IMG/VR virus record: IMGVR_UViG_3300020454_000018
Coordinates: 1-53,170 of that record
From: a virus
Taxonomy: Duplodnaviria; Caudoviricetes
Length of the DNA: 53,170 bases
Strand: one strand, 5' to 3'
Shown: one piece after another, positions 29,121 through 38,247 of the stretch
How positions within the stretch are numbered: the first letter of the stretch is position 1
Layout: every line of letters starts with the position of its first letter
The notes under the pieces: generated by a model
Told to the model about the DNA's origin: nothing
The model's input: only the letters and a program-made list of their open reading frames with translations
Databases searched by the model: none
Translations under genes and position numbers: made by a program

Positions 29121-30001
29121 ATGTAGTAGATAAACAATATCAAGGGTTTCTTAGAAAACTAATAATGTATGGAACTGAAAAAGATGATAGAACTGGTACA
29201 GGTACATTATCTTATTTTGGTGATACCTTTAGGCATGATATGAGTAAAGGGTTTCCACTTCTTACAACAAAGAAGATGGCAGTAAAATCAATGGTTACAG
29301 AACTTAAATGGTTTCTCAGAGGTGATTCTCACATTGGTTACTTATTAGAAAATGGATGTAACATATGGAATGGTGATGCATATAAGAAATATCAAAGAGT
29401 AGTTGATTGGGATTTAGATGAAGCACTATCAGAAGAAGAGTTCATTGATAAAGTTAAAAACGACAAAGATTATTGGCACTATGGATTGTTAGGTCCAATC
29501 TATGGAACACAATGGAGAAAATGGGGTAGTAAAACATATATTGACCAAATCAAAGAACTTATACAAAATCTAAAACATAATCCAAATAGTAGGAGACACA
29601 TAGTATCAGCTTGGAATGTTGAGGATTTAGAAAAAATGACTTTACCGCCTTGCCACTACTCATTCCAATGCTATGTAGTAGATAATAAATTATCACTAAT
29701 GTGGAATCAAAGAAGTGTAGATGTATTCTTAGGATTGCCATTTAACATAGCATCATATGGATTACTCTTATTACTATTATGTGAAGAGACCGGATATGAA
29801 CCGGGTGAACTGATTGGTTCGTTGGGTGATGTACATTTGTATAAAAACCACTTAGAGCAAGCACATGAACAAATAAGAAGAGAACCTAAAAAATTACCAA
29901 AAATTAAATTATCTAATATTCATATATTAGAGGGTGAGTTTGATTATGAGATTTTAGATTACGAATCACACCCTACAATTAAAGCACCATTAAGTAATTA
30001 A
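29117..30001 (+). CDS. thyA: thymidylate synthase
   Basis: DRTGTGT, FPLLTTKK, GPIYGTQWR, SRR, LPPCH, QRSVDVFLGLPFN and HLY. Confidence 0.97.
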   Translation: MNVVDKQYQGFLRKLIMYGTEKDDRTGTGTLSYFGDTFRHDMSKGFPLLTTKKMAVKSMVTELKWFLRGDSHIGYLLENGCNIWNGDAYKKYQRVVDWDLDEALSEEEFIDKVKNDKDYWHYGLLGPIYGTQWRKWGSKTYIDQIKELIQNLKHNPNSRRHIVSAWNVEDLEKMTLPPCHYSFQCYVVDNKLSLMWNQRSVDVFLGLPFNIASYGLLLLLLCEETGYEPGELIGSLGDVHLYKNHLEQAHEQIRREPKKLPKIKLSNIHILEGEFDYEILDYESHPTIKAPLSN

Positions 30002-30003
30002 TT

Positions 30004-30387
30004 ATGAATTATCACGAAGATGACAGAGCACAAAGATTATTAGATATATTTCCTTTAGATAAAGGACAAGTAAATATATCTTATATAAATTCAACTGAAC
30101 ATATAGTTGCGTGGCACAAACACGAAAAACAAACTGACTACTGGATTTGCTTGAAAGGTAGTTTAAAAGTAGGATGGGCAACCGAAGATGATGGTTGTGA
30201 ATTCAAATACCTTTCAGATAAAAATCCACAAGTCTTAAAGATACCACCTGGTGTGTATCATGGTTATAAGGCATTAGAGCCGGGAACAATTTTAGCATAT
30301 TATGTAACACATAAATACGACCCATCAGATGAACACAGAAAATCTGTAGGAGCATTTGGTGAGGAGTGGAAAACAGAAAACAAATGA
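30004..30387 (+). CDS. RmlC-like cupin (dTDP-sugar epimerase/isomerase-like)
   Basis: EDDR, AWHKH, QTDY and IPPGVYHGY. Confidence 0.8.
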   Translation: MNYHEDDRAQRLLDIFPLDKGQVNISYINSTEHIVAWHKHEKQTDYWICLKGSLKVGWATEDDGCEFKYLSDKNPQVLKIPPGVYHGYKALEPGTILAYYVTHKYDPSDEHRKSVGAFGEEWKTENK

Positions 30388-30866
30388 GTAAAAAATATAA
30401 AGTAATTTTAATAAGCGGTGGATTTGACCCCGTACACAAAGGTCATATACAATGTATCCAAAACGCAAAAGAACTTGCAGATGAAGTTTGGATAGGTTTA
30501 AACAACGATAGTTGGTTAAGAAGAAAGAAAGGTAAATCATTTATGAAAGAGCAAGAGAGGGCATTTATAATGGATAATATCAAAGGTGTTAGTTGGGTTT
30601 ATATTATGAATCCAAAAATACACAATGATGAATCAGCTTGTGATTTTATCGATGCATCAAGACATAAATGGATGAGAGAGAAAGGTGGAGTTTGGGAAGA
30701 AGGAATTATGGCGTTTGGTAATGGTGGTGATAGAGTTGCTGGTGCAGTACCATCCGTAGAAGAAGATGTTTGTAAAGGATGGGGTATCGATTTAGTTTGG
30801 GGACTTGGTGATAAGGTTCAATCATCTTCTTGGTTATTAGAAAAATATAACAATTTAGCAGTATAG
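30384..30866 (+). CDS. cytidylyltransferase-family nucleotidyltransferase
   Basis: SGGFDPVHKGH, LNND, NGGDR and KVQSSS; ATG 30384 overlaps the upstream stop. Confidence 0.88.
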   Translation: MSKKYKVILISGGFDPVHKGHIQCIQNAKELADEVWIGLNNDSWLRRKKGKSFMKEQERAFIMDNIKGVSWVYIMNPKIHNDESACDFIDASRHKWMREKGGVWEEGIMAFGNGGDRVAGAVPSVEEDVCKGWGIDLVWGLGDKVQSSSWLLEKYNNLAV

Positions 30867-31636
30867 TGAAATTTTGGGCAATAGGTGATAGTTATGTAGA
30901 CCCACATGAATATCCAATTAGAGGTAAAAAGTGGGCATCTGTTATGATAAGAAGCTTAAAATCAGATAAATATTTTATATTTGGTAATGGTGGATTCGAT
31001 GCAGAAACTGTTTTAGATAATTTACTTTTAAATTTACATCTGTTAGAGGATGGTGATTTAGTTGTACTTTTTCTACCAACTTTATGGAGACATAGATTAC
31101 CATTGGCAGATAATATGATAGATAAATATTCTCAACTTATTGACCCACCAAAAACCAAAAACATTGAAAATGTACAAATACTAAATGGGTTTATGGTTAA
31201 TAATCATTTACATAATACACATCAATATCTTGCACCACCACTAAATAAAATGGATTTAGATAATTTAATGGATAAAGAAGAAAAGTTTATTGAGCGTTCA
31301 AAAAATTGGAATAAAAAGTTAGATTTTCATAAATTAGTAACATCTTTAAAACCAAACGCTCTTAGAATAGAATCTATTTTAAAATCAATAGTAAAATTAA
31401 AACCAAAAGTAAACTTTGAATTTTTTACTTGGTGTGAAAATGAATTTACAGATTTAGTAAAAGACTTACAATTTATAAAAAAAGAGCTTGGGTTTTATGA
31501 AACACAACATATGGCTTGGTTAAGTGGAAAAGATGGGATGGAGGGTGACCACCACTTCTCATCCGATATGAATGAAAGATTCGCTAGCTATCTAATAAAA
31601 AAATACCCAAACCAATTTGATAATAATCTTATATGA
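30866..31636 (+). CDS. SGNH-like hydrolase or acyltransferase
   Basis: AIGDSY, FGNGG and C-terminal DHHF. Confidence 0.7.
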   Translation: MKFWAIGDSYVDPHEYPIRGKKWASVMIRSLKSDKYFIFGNGGFDAETVLDNLLLNLHLLEDGDLVVLFLPTLWRHRLPLADNMIDKYSQLIDPPKTKNIENVQILNGFMVNNHLHNTHQYLAPPLNKMDLDNLMDKEEKFIERSKNWNKKLDFHKLVTSLKPNALRIESILKSIVKLKPKVNFEFFTWCENEFTDLVKDLQFIKKELGFYETQHMAWLSGKDGMEGDHHFSSDMNERFASYLIKKYPNQFDNNLI

Positions 31637-32187
31637 AATATAAAAAACAATGGAAAGAGTGGTTTGATGGTGGTAACACCATATGGAGTGAATATGGATA
31701 TAACTACCATTCATACAAAATAGCATCAAACCTACTACCAACATTAGATATACCAAAAGGTGGTGATATACTTCAGTTTGGATGTGGTGTTGGTGTTACC
31801 ATTGAAAAGTTATGTGAACTATATGGTGATAAGAGAGTGTATGGATATGATATATTTAATCCACTAAATCATTCAAGAATATTTTCCTTTGATGTGTATA
31901 AGGAAAAACTACCTAAAAGAAACATATCATATTGTGATATTGATATAGGTTCAGTATCAACTGATAAAAACATAAGATATGATTTATTTGATTACGCTTG
32001 GGATTACTTAATAGAAGGTGGATATATTTTAATTAATAATTCTATCGTAGAAGAGTTTAAAAAACTTCATCCTATAGCAATACAAAATGCTGAAATCAAA
32101 CAATTAAATGAATTTGATAATAAAGAATTGTGGAAGAACCCACATCAAAATAGATTAAACACAAAAACCTTAGTAAAGAAATTATGA
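31633..32187 (+). CDS. class I SAM-dependent methyltransferase
   Basis: ILQFGCGVG, VYGYD and LIEGGYIL. Confidence 0.8.
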   Translation: MKYKKQWKEWFDGGNTIWSEYGYNYHSYKIASNLLPTLDIPKGGDILQFGCGVGVTIEKLCELYGDKRVYGYDIFNPLNHSRIFSFDVYKEKLPKRNISYCDIDIGSVSTDKNIRYDLFDYAWDYLIEGGYILINNSIVEEFKKLHPIAIQNAEIKQLNEFDNKELWKNPHQNRLNTKTLVKKL

Positions 32188-32420
32188 ACATAGATATTAA
32201 ACCCTTAGTAGAAAAGTATCCTAACGATGCAGAGTTAGGTTCAAAAGTTAGAGAAATATATTGGGATAGAATAGATAAGATTAACCAACTCGGTAAATTC
32301 GGTGGTACAATCTATGAATCACCAGATGGTGGTGAAACAATCTATGAAAGACCATTCGGTTCTGACTTATCAGAAAGAAAATTAGTAAAAGACAAATCAC
32401 AATTAAATTTATTCGAATGA
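32184..32420 (+). CDS. hypothetical protein
   Basis: YPNDAELGSKVR and IYESPDGGETIYERPFG, two short motifs typical of phage proteins. Confidence 0.65.
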   Translation: MNIDIKPLVEKYPNDAELGSKVREIYWDRIDKINQLGKFGGTIYESPDGGETIYERPFGSDLSERKLVKDKSQLNLFE

Positions 32421-33037
32421 GCAAAATAGTAACAGATAGAATTAAATTAAAAAAACCAATCACAGATTTACCTAAAAATAAATCTGAAGAAGAAGTTATA
32501 TCAGCGGCATTATTCACCGCATTACAAAAAGAAAAAGGATTTGGATTATCAGCAAATCAAATTGGTGTAGATAAAAGAATGTGTGTTATTAACATTAAAG
32601 AACCAATGGTATTGATAAATCCTAAAATTGTTAAAAGAAGTGAAGAAGCAGTACAATACATTGAGAGTTGTTTATCGCTTCCTAAAACAATGAGAAAACC
32701 AAAGAACACAGTAAGAAGTATTTCAATCACTGTTGAAACTGATAACTTAGGAACAGTAGAGTTTGGACCTGATGAAAAGGATAAGATTGGTACGGAAGGG
32801 CATAATTACTTTGGTGATGAGGGATTATTGGAGTGTGTTGTAGCTCAACATGAGATAGACCATTTAGATGGTATTCTAATCACAGATTCAATTAGAACAT
32901 ACAACATTCAAAGGGTATCCGAAAAAAAATATGGAAGAAATGATAAGGTAATGGTTAAATCACCAGATGGTGAAACGGATTTTATAAAATATAAAAAAGC
33001 CATACCATTATTGGAGAAAGGATATGAAATTGTATAA
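32417..33037 (+). CDS. def: peptide deformylase
   Basis: GFGLSANQIG, ESCLS and QHEIDHLDG. Confidence 0.93.
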   Translation: MSKIVTDRIKLKKPITDLPKNKSEEEVISAALFTALQKEKGFGLSANQIGVDKRMCVINIKEPMVLINPKIVKRSEEAVQYIESCLSLPKTMRKPKNTVRSISITVETDNLGTVEFGPDEKDKIGTEGHNYFGDEGLLECVVAQHEIDHLDGILITDSIRTYNIQRVSEKKYGRNDKVMVKSPDGETDFIKYKKAIPLLEKGYEIV

Positions 33038-33051
33038 AAAAGAACGGAACA

Positions 33052-33285
33052 ATGGCAAAATTAATATTTAAGTATAGTAACGGCTGGAAGCAAAATGTTA
33101 GGGAGGCAAACGAAATTAAGTTTGATGTACCCGATGATATGAATATGAATGAATACAAAGCCGTAATGATAAGATTGGCTCATTCATTAGGTTATTCACC
33201 AAAATCTATAAAAACAGCTTTTGGTGATTTAGAGGATAACAAAGAAGATATAAAGACTTTGTTAAAGGACATAAAAGATGTTTAA
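33052..33285 (+). CDS. hypothetical protein
   Basis: 77-aa ORF. Confidence 0.65.
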   Translation: MAKLIFKYSNGWKQNVREANEIKFDVPDDMNMNEYKAVMIRLAHSLGYSPKSIKTAFGDLEDNKEDIKTLLKDIKDV

Positions 33286-33532
33286 AGAAATTAAGGATAA
33301 TTTATTACAAGTTAACTTACTTAATCAATCAGTCATTGAACTGTTGATTGAAAAGAAAATTCTTACACAAGAAGAAGTGGAGGATAGATTGTTACACAAT
33401 CAAAAGTTGTTTGTACAAACAGCTAAAGAATTCGCAAAACTCATCAATGAAGCAGATAAATTAAAAAGAAAGGTCAAAACTACCGATGATGAGCTAATGG
33501 ACTTATACTTTGGTCCAATAGGTGAAGCATAA
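33278..33532 (+). CDS. hypothetical protein
   Basis: 84-aa overlapping ORF. Confidence 0.65.
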   Translation: MFKEIKDNLLQVNLLNQSVIELLIEKKILTQEEVEDRLLHNQKLFVQTAKEFAKLINEADKLKRKVKTTDDELMDLYFGPIGEA

Positions 33533-33549
33533 AATAAATGAGATTTTAT

Positions 33550-33580
33550 TTGGATATGTGAAATATTTTTCGTATATTTG
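33550..33580 (+). promoter_or_regulatory. Bacteroidetes-type promoter
   Basis: TTGG-N19-TATATTTG upstream of the endolysin/sigma operon. Confidence 0.75.
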
Positions 33581-33610
33581 TTATAGTTTAATCAAAAGGG
33601 AATATACCGT

Positions 33611-34198
33611 ATGAGAAAGACAACAATAATTATTACGATAGTAATTTCAATACTATCATTCGGAATGATTGATTCCGCAACTTCTGAATCTCCTAGATGG
33701 GATAGGTTAGAAGCTATAAAACAATCAGAAATACTCAGAAAAGAAGCTGAGGAGTTAAAAATTAAACAATATCATCAAGATGAATTAGATAGATTCTTAA
33801 ATGATATTGGATTCAGAGAAAGTGGTAATCGATATGATATCACTAATACTTGGGGATATATGGGAAAGTATCAATTCGGAAAATCCACACTAAAAGGATT
33901 GGGATATGATGTTTCTCGTAAAGAATTCCTTAACAACCCAGAATTACAAGAGGAGGCAATGTTATCTTTATTATCACACAACAAAGAAAAACTACAAACC
34001 TATATTGATTTATTTGATGGTGAAACAATTAATGGTATGTATATTTCAGAAAGTGGTATATTGGCAGCTGCACATCTTGGAGGACAGGGTTCAGTAAAGA
34101 GGTATTTTAAAAATGGTAAAGTTTTTAAAGATGCTTATGGAACAAAAATTACATCGTATATGAAAACATTTAGTGGATACGATATTAAATTAAATTAA
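33611..34198 (+). CDS. lysozyme-fold peptidoglycan hydrolase with N-terminal signal/anchor
   Basis: RESGNRY (catalytic Glu), GYMGKYQFG and LAAAHLGG. Confidence 0.8.
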   Translation: MRKTTIIITIVISILSFGMIDSATSESPRWDRLEAIKQSEILRKEAEELKIKQYHQDELDRFLNDIGFRESGNRYDITNTWGYMGKYQFGKSTLKGLGYDVSRKEFLNNPELQEEAMLSLLSHNKEKLQTYIDLFDGETINGMYISESGILAAAHLGGQGSVKRYFKNGKVFKDAYGTKITSYMKTFSGYDIKLN

Positions 34199-34205
34199 AT
34201 TAAAA

Positions 34206-34469
34206 ATGGTTATAGAAATAATTTTAGGAGTATCGGCAGTATTTAATATTTTATTATTAATTGGTGTTAGAAATCTACTCAAACAAAACGAAAGATTAGA
34301 AGATGATTTGATTGGCACTATTAATGGTGTAGTACAAACAGTCAATGATGCTAATGAAAAAATGAAGCAAGCAGATATCAGAGGTTCTTTTGAATCAGAT
34401 GATGAAGTTGGTTCTGTATTTAAAGAACTAAAAAGAATAGTAGTTGAACTAAACGAACAATTTAAATAG
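34206..34469 (+). CDS. membrane-anchored coiled-coil protein
   Basis: N-terminal TM helix and GSFESDDEVG. Confidence 0.65.
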   Translation: MVIEIILGVSAVFNILLLIGVRNLLKQNERLEDDLIGTINGVVQTVNDANEKMKQADIRGSFESDDEVGSVFKELKRIVVELNEQFK

Positions 34470-34472
34470 AAT

Positions 34473-35207
34473 ATGCCCAGACCAAGAAGAAAAAAATCGA
34501 AAATGTACTTTGGTACACCTGCACAAGATGCTATAATTGCTTATAACAAATGTAAAAACCCAAAAGAACGAAATAAAATTTATAATGATGGGATTAAATA
34601 TCCATTTGATAAATTAGCAGAAAATGTTTTAAATACATTTAAATTTACTTACTTTGATGTACCAAAATCTGATGTTAAAAAAGAAGTAGTATCAGCTATG
34701 GTAGAAAAAATACATATGTACAAAGAGGGTAAAGGAAAGGCATTTTCATATTTTACGATTATAGCAAAAAATTATCTGATTCTAAATAATAATGGTAATT
34801 ACAAAAGGTGGCAAAAAAACGCATTAATATCTGAAATGCCACAAACTTGGAATCCTGAAAATGATTTTAATGAAACACAACAAAATGAAGAATATTCTGA
34901 ATTTAGAAAAATTATGCTAAGTTATTGGGATAAAAATCTAACTGTTGTTTTTACAAAGAAAAGAGATATCCAAATAGCAGATGCAGTATTGGAGTTATTT
35001 AGAAGAGCAGATTATATAGAAAACTTTAATAAAAAACATTTGTATTTACTGATAAGAGAAATGACCGATTGTAAAACACATTACATTACAAAGGTGGTAA
35101 ATGTTATGAAACAACATCAGAAAAAAATGTTAAATGCATTCTTAGAGGGAGATGTAATAGAAGATAATGTAAATCAGTTTTGGAATGAAGAAGAGCATTT
35201 ACGATAA
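34473..35207 (+). CDS. phage sigma factor (T4 gp55-like, late transcription)
   Basis: Sigma region-2-like KLAEN...EKIHMYKEGKGKAFSYFTIIAKN, comparable to the FAYFT motif of gp55 homologues. Confidence 0.75.
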   Translation: MPRPRRKKSKMYFGTPAQDAIIAYNKCKNPKERNKIYNDGIKYPFDKLAENVLNTFKFTYFDVPKSDVKKEVVSAMVEKIHMYKEGKGKAFSYFTIIAKNYLILNNNGNYKRWQKNALISEMPQTWNPENDFNETQQNEEYSEFRKIMLSYWDKNLTVVFTKKRDIQIADAVLELFRRADYIENFNKKHLYLLIREMTDCKTHYITKVVNVMKQHQKKMLNAFLEGDVIEDNVNQFWNEEEHLR

Positions 35208-36888
35208 ATACATTATTGGTATTTCATATGGATTTCACGATTCTGCCGTAGCTCTAATTAAAAATGGAAAGGTTTTAAATGCGGTTGAAGAAGAAAGATT
35301 CACTGGTATAAAACACGATTACTCATTTCCAATAAATTCAATTAATTGGATTCTAAAAGAAAACAATATAAATGGAGATGATATCTCAGTAGTTTGTTAT
35401 TATGAAAATCCAAAATTAAAATACGATAGAGATAAAAAATCGTATTGGAAATATTTTTGGAAGAATCCATTTAACTTTCCAAAAAAATCTAATCCATTTG
35501 ACCCAATTGAAAACATATTTAGAAAAGCTAAAATTACAGTTGGTAATCACCACTTATCTCATTTAGCATATTCATATCTTACATCAGACTTTGATGAATC
35601 AGCCATACTATCTGTTGATGGTGTTGGTGAATGGGATACTACAGTGATGGCATATGGAAAGCAAAATCAAATAAAAAGATATGGGGAGGTTGTATATCCA
35701 CACTCATTAGGATTACTTTATTCTACAATCACTGCATTCTTAGGATTTAAACCAAATGAAGGTGAGTATAAGGTAATGGGATTGGCACCATATGGTACAC
35801 ATTTATTTCACCATAAAATGTTTGATGAACTAATAAAGGAAACAGATGATGGATTTGAACTAAATATGGATTATTTTTCATATCATTATTCTGATAAAAT
35901 AATGTTTAACAAAAAACTTTCTAAGTTATTTAACATACCAAATAGATTACCAAATGAAAAAGTAAATGATATTCATAAAAACATAGCTGCAGCTTTACAA
36001 TACACATATGAAAAGCATTTCTTTAAATTATTAAATAAGTTATATAAAAAAAGTAAATCTAAAAACTTATGTTTGAGTGGTGGGTGTGCATATAATGGAA
36101 CTGCTAATGGTAAGATACAAAGTAAAACCCCATTCAAAAACATTTGGATTCCACCAGCCCCATCAGATGCTGGTTCAGCTATTGGAGCTGCTCTTTACTA
36201 TTGGAATCATATTACAAATCAAAGAGAAGAAAATAAATCACCTTTCTTAGGTCCATCAGAAAAAATATTAAATGTAGTAAATGTAATAAAAGAAAATGAT
36301 ACTAAGATATTTTATGAAGCACTATCTGATGAAGAATTATTTCCTAAAATAGCTAAACTAATATCCGAAGGTAATATTATTGGATGGGTTAGAGGTCAGT
36401 TAGAATTTGGTGCAAGAGCATTAGGTAATCGTTCTATCTTAGCAGACCCGAGAGACCCACAAATGAAAAAGAGGGTAAATATGGTAGTAAAGAAAAGAGA
36501 AGGATTTAGACCATTTGCTCCTATGGTTACTTATGAGGATATGAAAAACTTTTTTACACCAACGATTGAAATACCTTATATGAACCAAATTGTTTCAGTT
36601 AAACCTAAGCATAGAAAAAAATTACCAGCTATCACACATATAGATGGTTCAGCAAGAGTACAAACACTTAGAGAAGATTTTAATCCTAAGATGTATAAAC
36701 TCTTAAAAGAATATCAGAAGATTACAAAGTATCCAATACTACTTAATACATCATTCAATCTCAAAGACCAAACTATGGTTAGAGATTCACAAGAAGCAAT
36801 TGATACATTTATGAATTGTGATATGGATTATTTAGTAATTGATAATATTTTTATATCCAAAAAAATACTTTCTGAAACTTTAACATAA
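35185..36888 (+). CDS. O-carbamoyltransferase (NodU/CmcH family)
   Basis: HDSA, EEERF, HHLSH, DGVGE, EGEYKVMGLAPYG, GGCAYN, EFGARALGNRS, KKREGFRPFAP and NTSFN. Confidence 0.95.
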   Translation: MKKSIYDKYIIGISYGFHDSAVALIKNGKVLNAVEEERFTGIKHDYSFPINSINWILKENNINGDDISVVCYYENPKLKYDRDKKSYWKYFWKNPFNFPKKSNPFDPIENIFRKAKITVGNHHLSHLAYSYLTSDFDESAILSVDGVGEWDTTVMAYGKQNQIKRYGEVVYPHSLGLLYSTITAFLGFKPNEGEYKVMGLAPYGTHLFHHKMFDELIKETDDGFELNMDYFSYHYSDKIMFNKKLSKLFNIPNRLPNEKVNDIHKNIAAALQYTYEKHFFKLLNKLYKKSKSKNLCLSGGCAYNGTANGKIQSKTPFKNIWIPPAPSDAGSAIGAALYYWNHITNQREENKSPFLGPSEKILNVVNVIKENDTKIFYEALSDEELFPKIAKLISEGNIIGWVRGQLEFGARALGNRSILADPRDPQMKKRVNMVVKKREGFRPFAPMVTYEDMKNFFTPTIEIPYMNQIVSVKPKHRKKLPAITHIDGSARVQTLREDFNPKMYKLLKEYQKITKYPILLNTSFNLKDQTMVRDSQEAIDTFMNCDMDYLVIDNIFISKKILSETLT

Positions 36889-36917
36889 CATTAAGTTAAC
36901 AATTTCTTAACATTGAT

Positions 36918-36937
36918 ATACTTATAATAAAGGAGGT
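36918..36937 (+). promoter_or_regulatory. late promoter variant ATACTTATA plus strong Shine-Dalgarno AGGAGGT
   Basis: Visible upstream of ATG 36943. Confidence 0.55.
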
Positions 36938-36942
36938 ATATT

Positions 36943-37293
36943 ATGAAAAGAATAATTACTACAATCCTCCTACTCTTATTATTTGTTCCACTATTTGGCC
37001 AAAATAGAACATTAGAGAAGGTGGATGAAAATGTGTACAGATATAAAGTTACAAACAACGAAGGCTCTGTTTCACAAAAAGGAACTTACATCAAAAACGA
37101 AGAAGGTAACCTGTTGATGCATGGTTATTGGAGTAATGATTTAGGTACAAGAGCATTGTATAGAAGAGGAATTTTAGTATGGATAAAACCGAAAGGACAT
37201 CCTCGATATACTTATAAACAGATAGAGCTCGAACAATTGAAGGCGGAAGTTAGAAGATTGAAGAACTTAATAGCTCTAAATGACCAATCGTAA
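36943..37293 (+). CDS. secreted protein with signal peptide
   Basis: MKRIITTILLLLLFVPLFG-Q N-terminus. Confidence 0.75.
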   Translation: MKRIITTILLLLLFVPLFGQNRTLEKVDENVYRYKVTNNEGSVSQKGTYIKNEEGNLLMHGYWSNDLGTRALYRRGILVWIKPKGHPRYTYKQIELEQLKAEVRRLKNLIALNDQS

Positions 37294-37312
37294 TTCAAAG
37301 TGATTGGATAAC

Positions 37313-37342
37313 AAAGCCCAACCCCGTAAGGTTGGGTTTTTT
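37313..37342 (+). terminator. rho-independent terminator
   Basis: AAAGCCCAACC-CCGTAA-GGTTGGGTTTTTT. Confidence 0.85.
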
Positions 37343-37490
37343 GTTTGACACCCAATATTGTTCACACAAGTGGTGTTAAAATCCAAAATGTACTTTTAGA
37401 TTCGTATATATCATAGTTATTAATTGGACAGTCCGATGTTTTGTAATATGAAAAAGTTATTTTCATTAATTTAAAGCAAAGGAGAACTAT

Positions 37491-37727
37491 ATGGAATTTC
37501 TTAAAAAGATTGGCAATTGGGCTAATCATCTAACAGAAATCGGTATAAGTGTTATCGCTTTAGGAGTAGTATTAGAAGTACTATTCAAAGGCGCTAATAT
37601 TCCTTTCTGGCCAGAGGTATCGGTAATAGATAATATTATGGGTATTTTGGGTGGATTGAGTAATGAAGGTCTATTAGGATTAGTAGGAGCTTTCGTTTTA
37701 TACCACATTCTTAAAAAGAAAGATTAA
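37491..37727 (+). CDS. small two-TM membrane protein (holin-like size)
   Basis: Two hydrophobic helices and a basic C-terminus; flanked by terminators. Confidence 0.7.
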   Translation: MEFLKKIGNWANHLTEIGISVIALGVVLEVLFKGANIPFWPEVSVIDNIMGILGGLSNEGLLGLVGAFVLYHILKKKD

Positions 37728-37755
37728 GGATAACACCATAACCGGTTAAGACAAT

Positions 37756-37784
37756 AAAACCTCTCAGAAATGGGAGGTTTTTTT
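37756..37784 (+). terminator. rho-independent terminator
   Basis: AAAACCTCTCA-GAAA-TGGGAGGTTTTTTT. Confidence 0.85.
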
Positions 37785-37791
37785 ATTTCAG

Positions 37792-37800
37792 ATATTTATA
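37792..37800 (+). promoter_or_regulatory. putative late promoter ATATTTATA
   Basis: After the terminator, heading the baseplate module. Confidence 0.6.
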
Positions 37801-37821
37801 GTTAGATAATATACAAAAATT

Positions 37822-38247
37822 ATGAGTACAGATTTTGAATTATTTCCTGGTAAAAATTTAAGTGGATTATTTAAAGATATCTATGATAACCAGCAAAATA
37901 AAAAAAGTAGAATATCAGAACTAATTGCTGAAATGAAAAAGGTAATTAGACATTCTGGTGATATGGCAGTAATTGGTCCAATCATAAAAGATTTAGTAGA
38001 TACATCTGTTAGAAACGATGAATCATTAATTAAAATGGCAGCTATTGCACAGAGAATGATTGCATCAAAAGATAAGACGGTAGGTGAAGATGGATTCTTA
38101 ACTGATAAAGAAAAAGAACAATTACTACAACAATTAGAAGATGTAGTAGGTGAAGTTGCTGATGAAAAAATACAAGTTGATGAATTAACAAACGAAGTTG
38201 AAGAACTAAAACAAAAAGTAGAAAATGTCAAGGAAAAGAAGCTTTAG
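37822..38247 (+). CDS. hypothetical helical protein heading the structural module
   Basis: 141-aa ORF. Confidence 0.75.
   Translation: MSTDFELFPGKNLSGLFKDIYDNQQNKKSRISELIAEMKKVIRHSGDMAVIGPIIKDLVDTSVRNDESLIKMAAIAQRMIASKDKTVGEDGFLTDKEKEQLLQQLEDVVGEVADEKIQVDELTNEVEELKQKVENVKEKKL

Noticed and set aside
37822-38247. Terminase small subunit
   Set aside because: Size and helical character fit, but there is no recognisable motif or adjacent large terminase.
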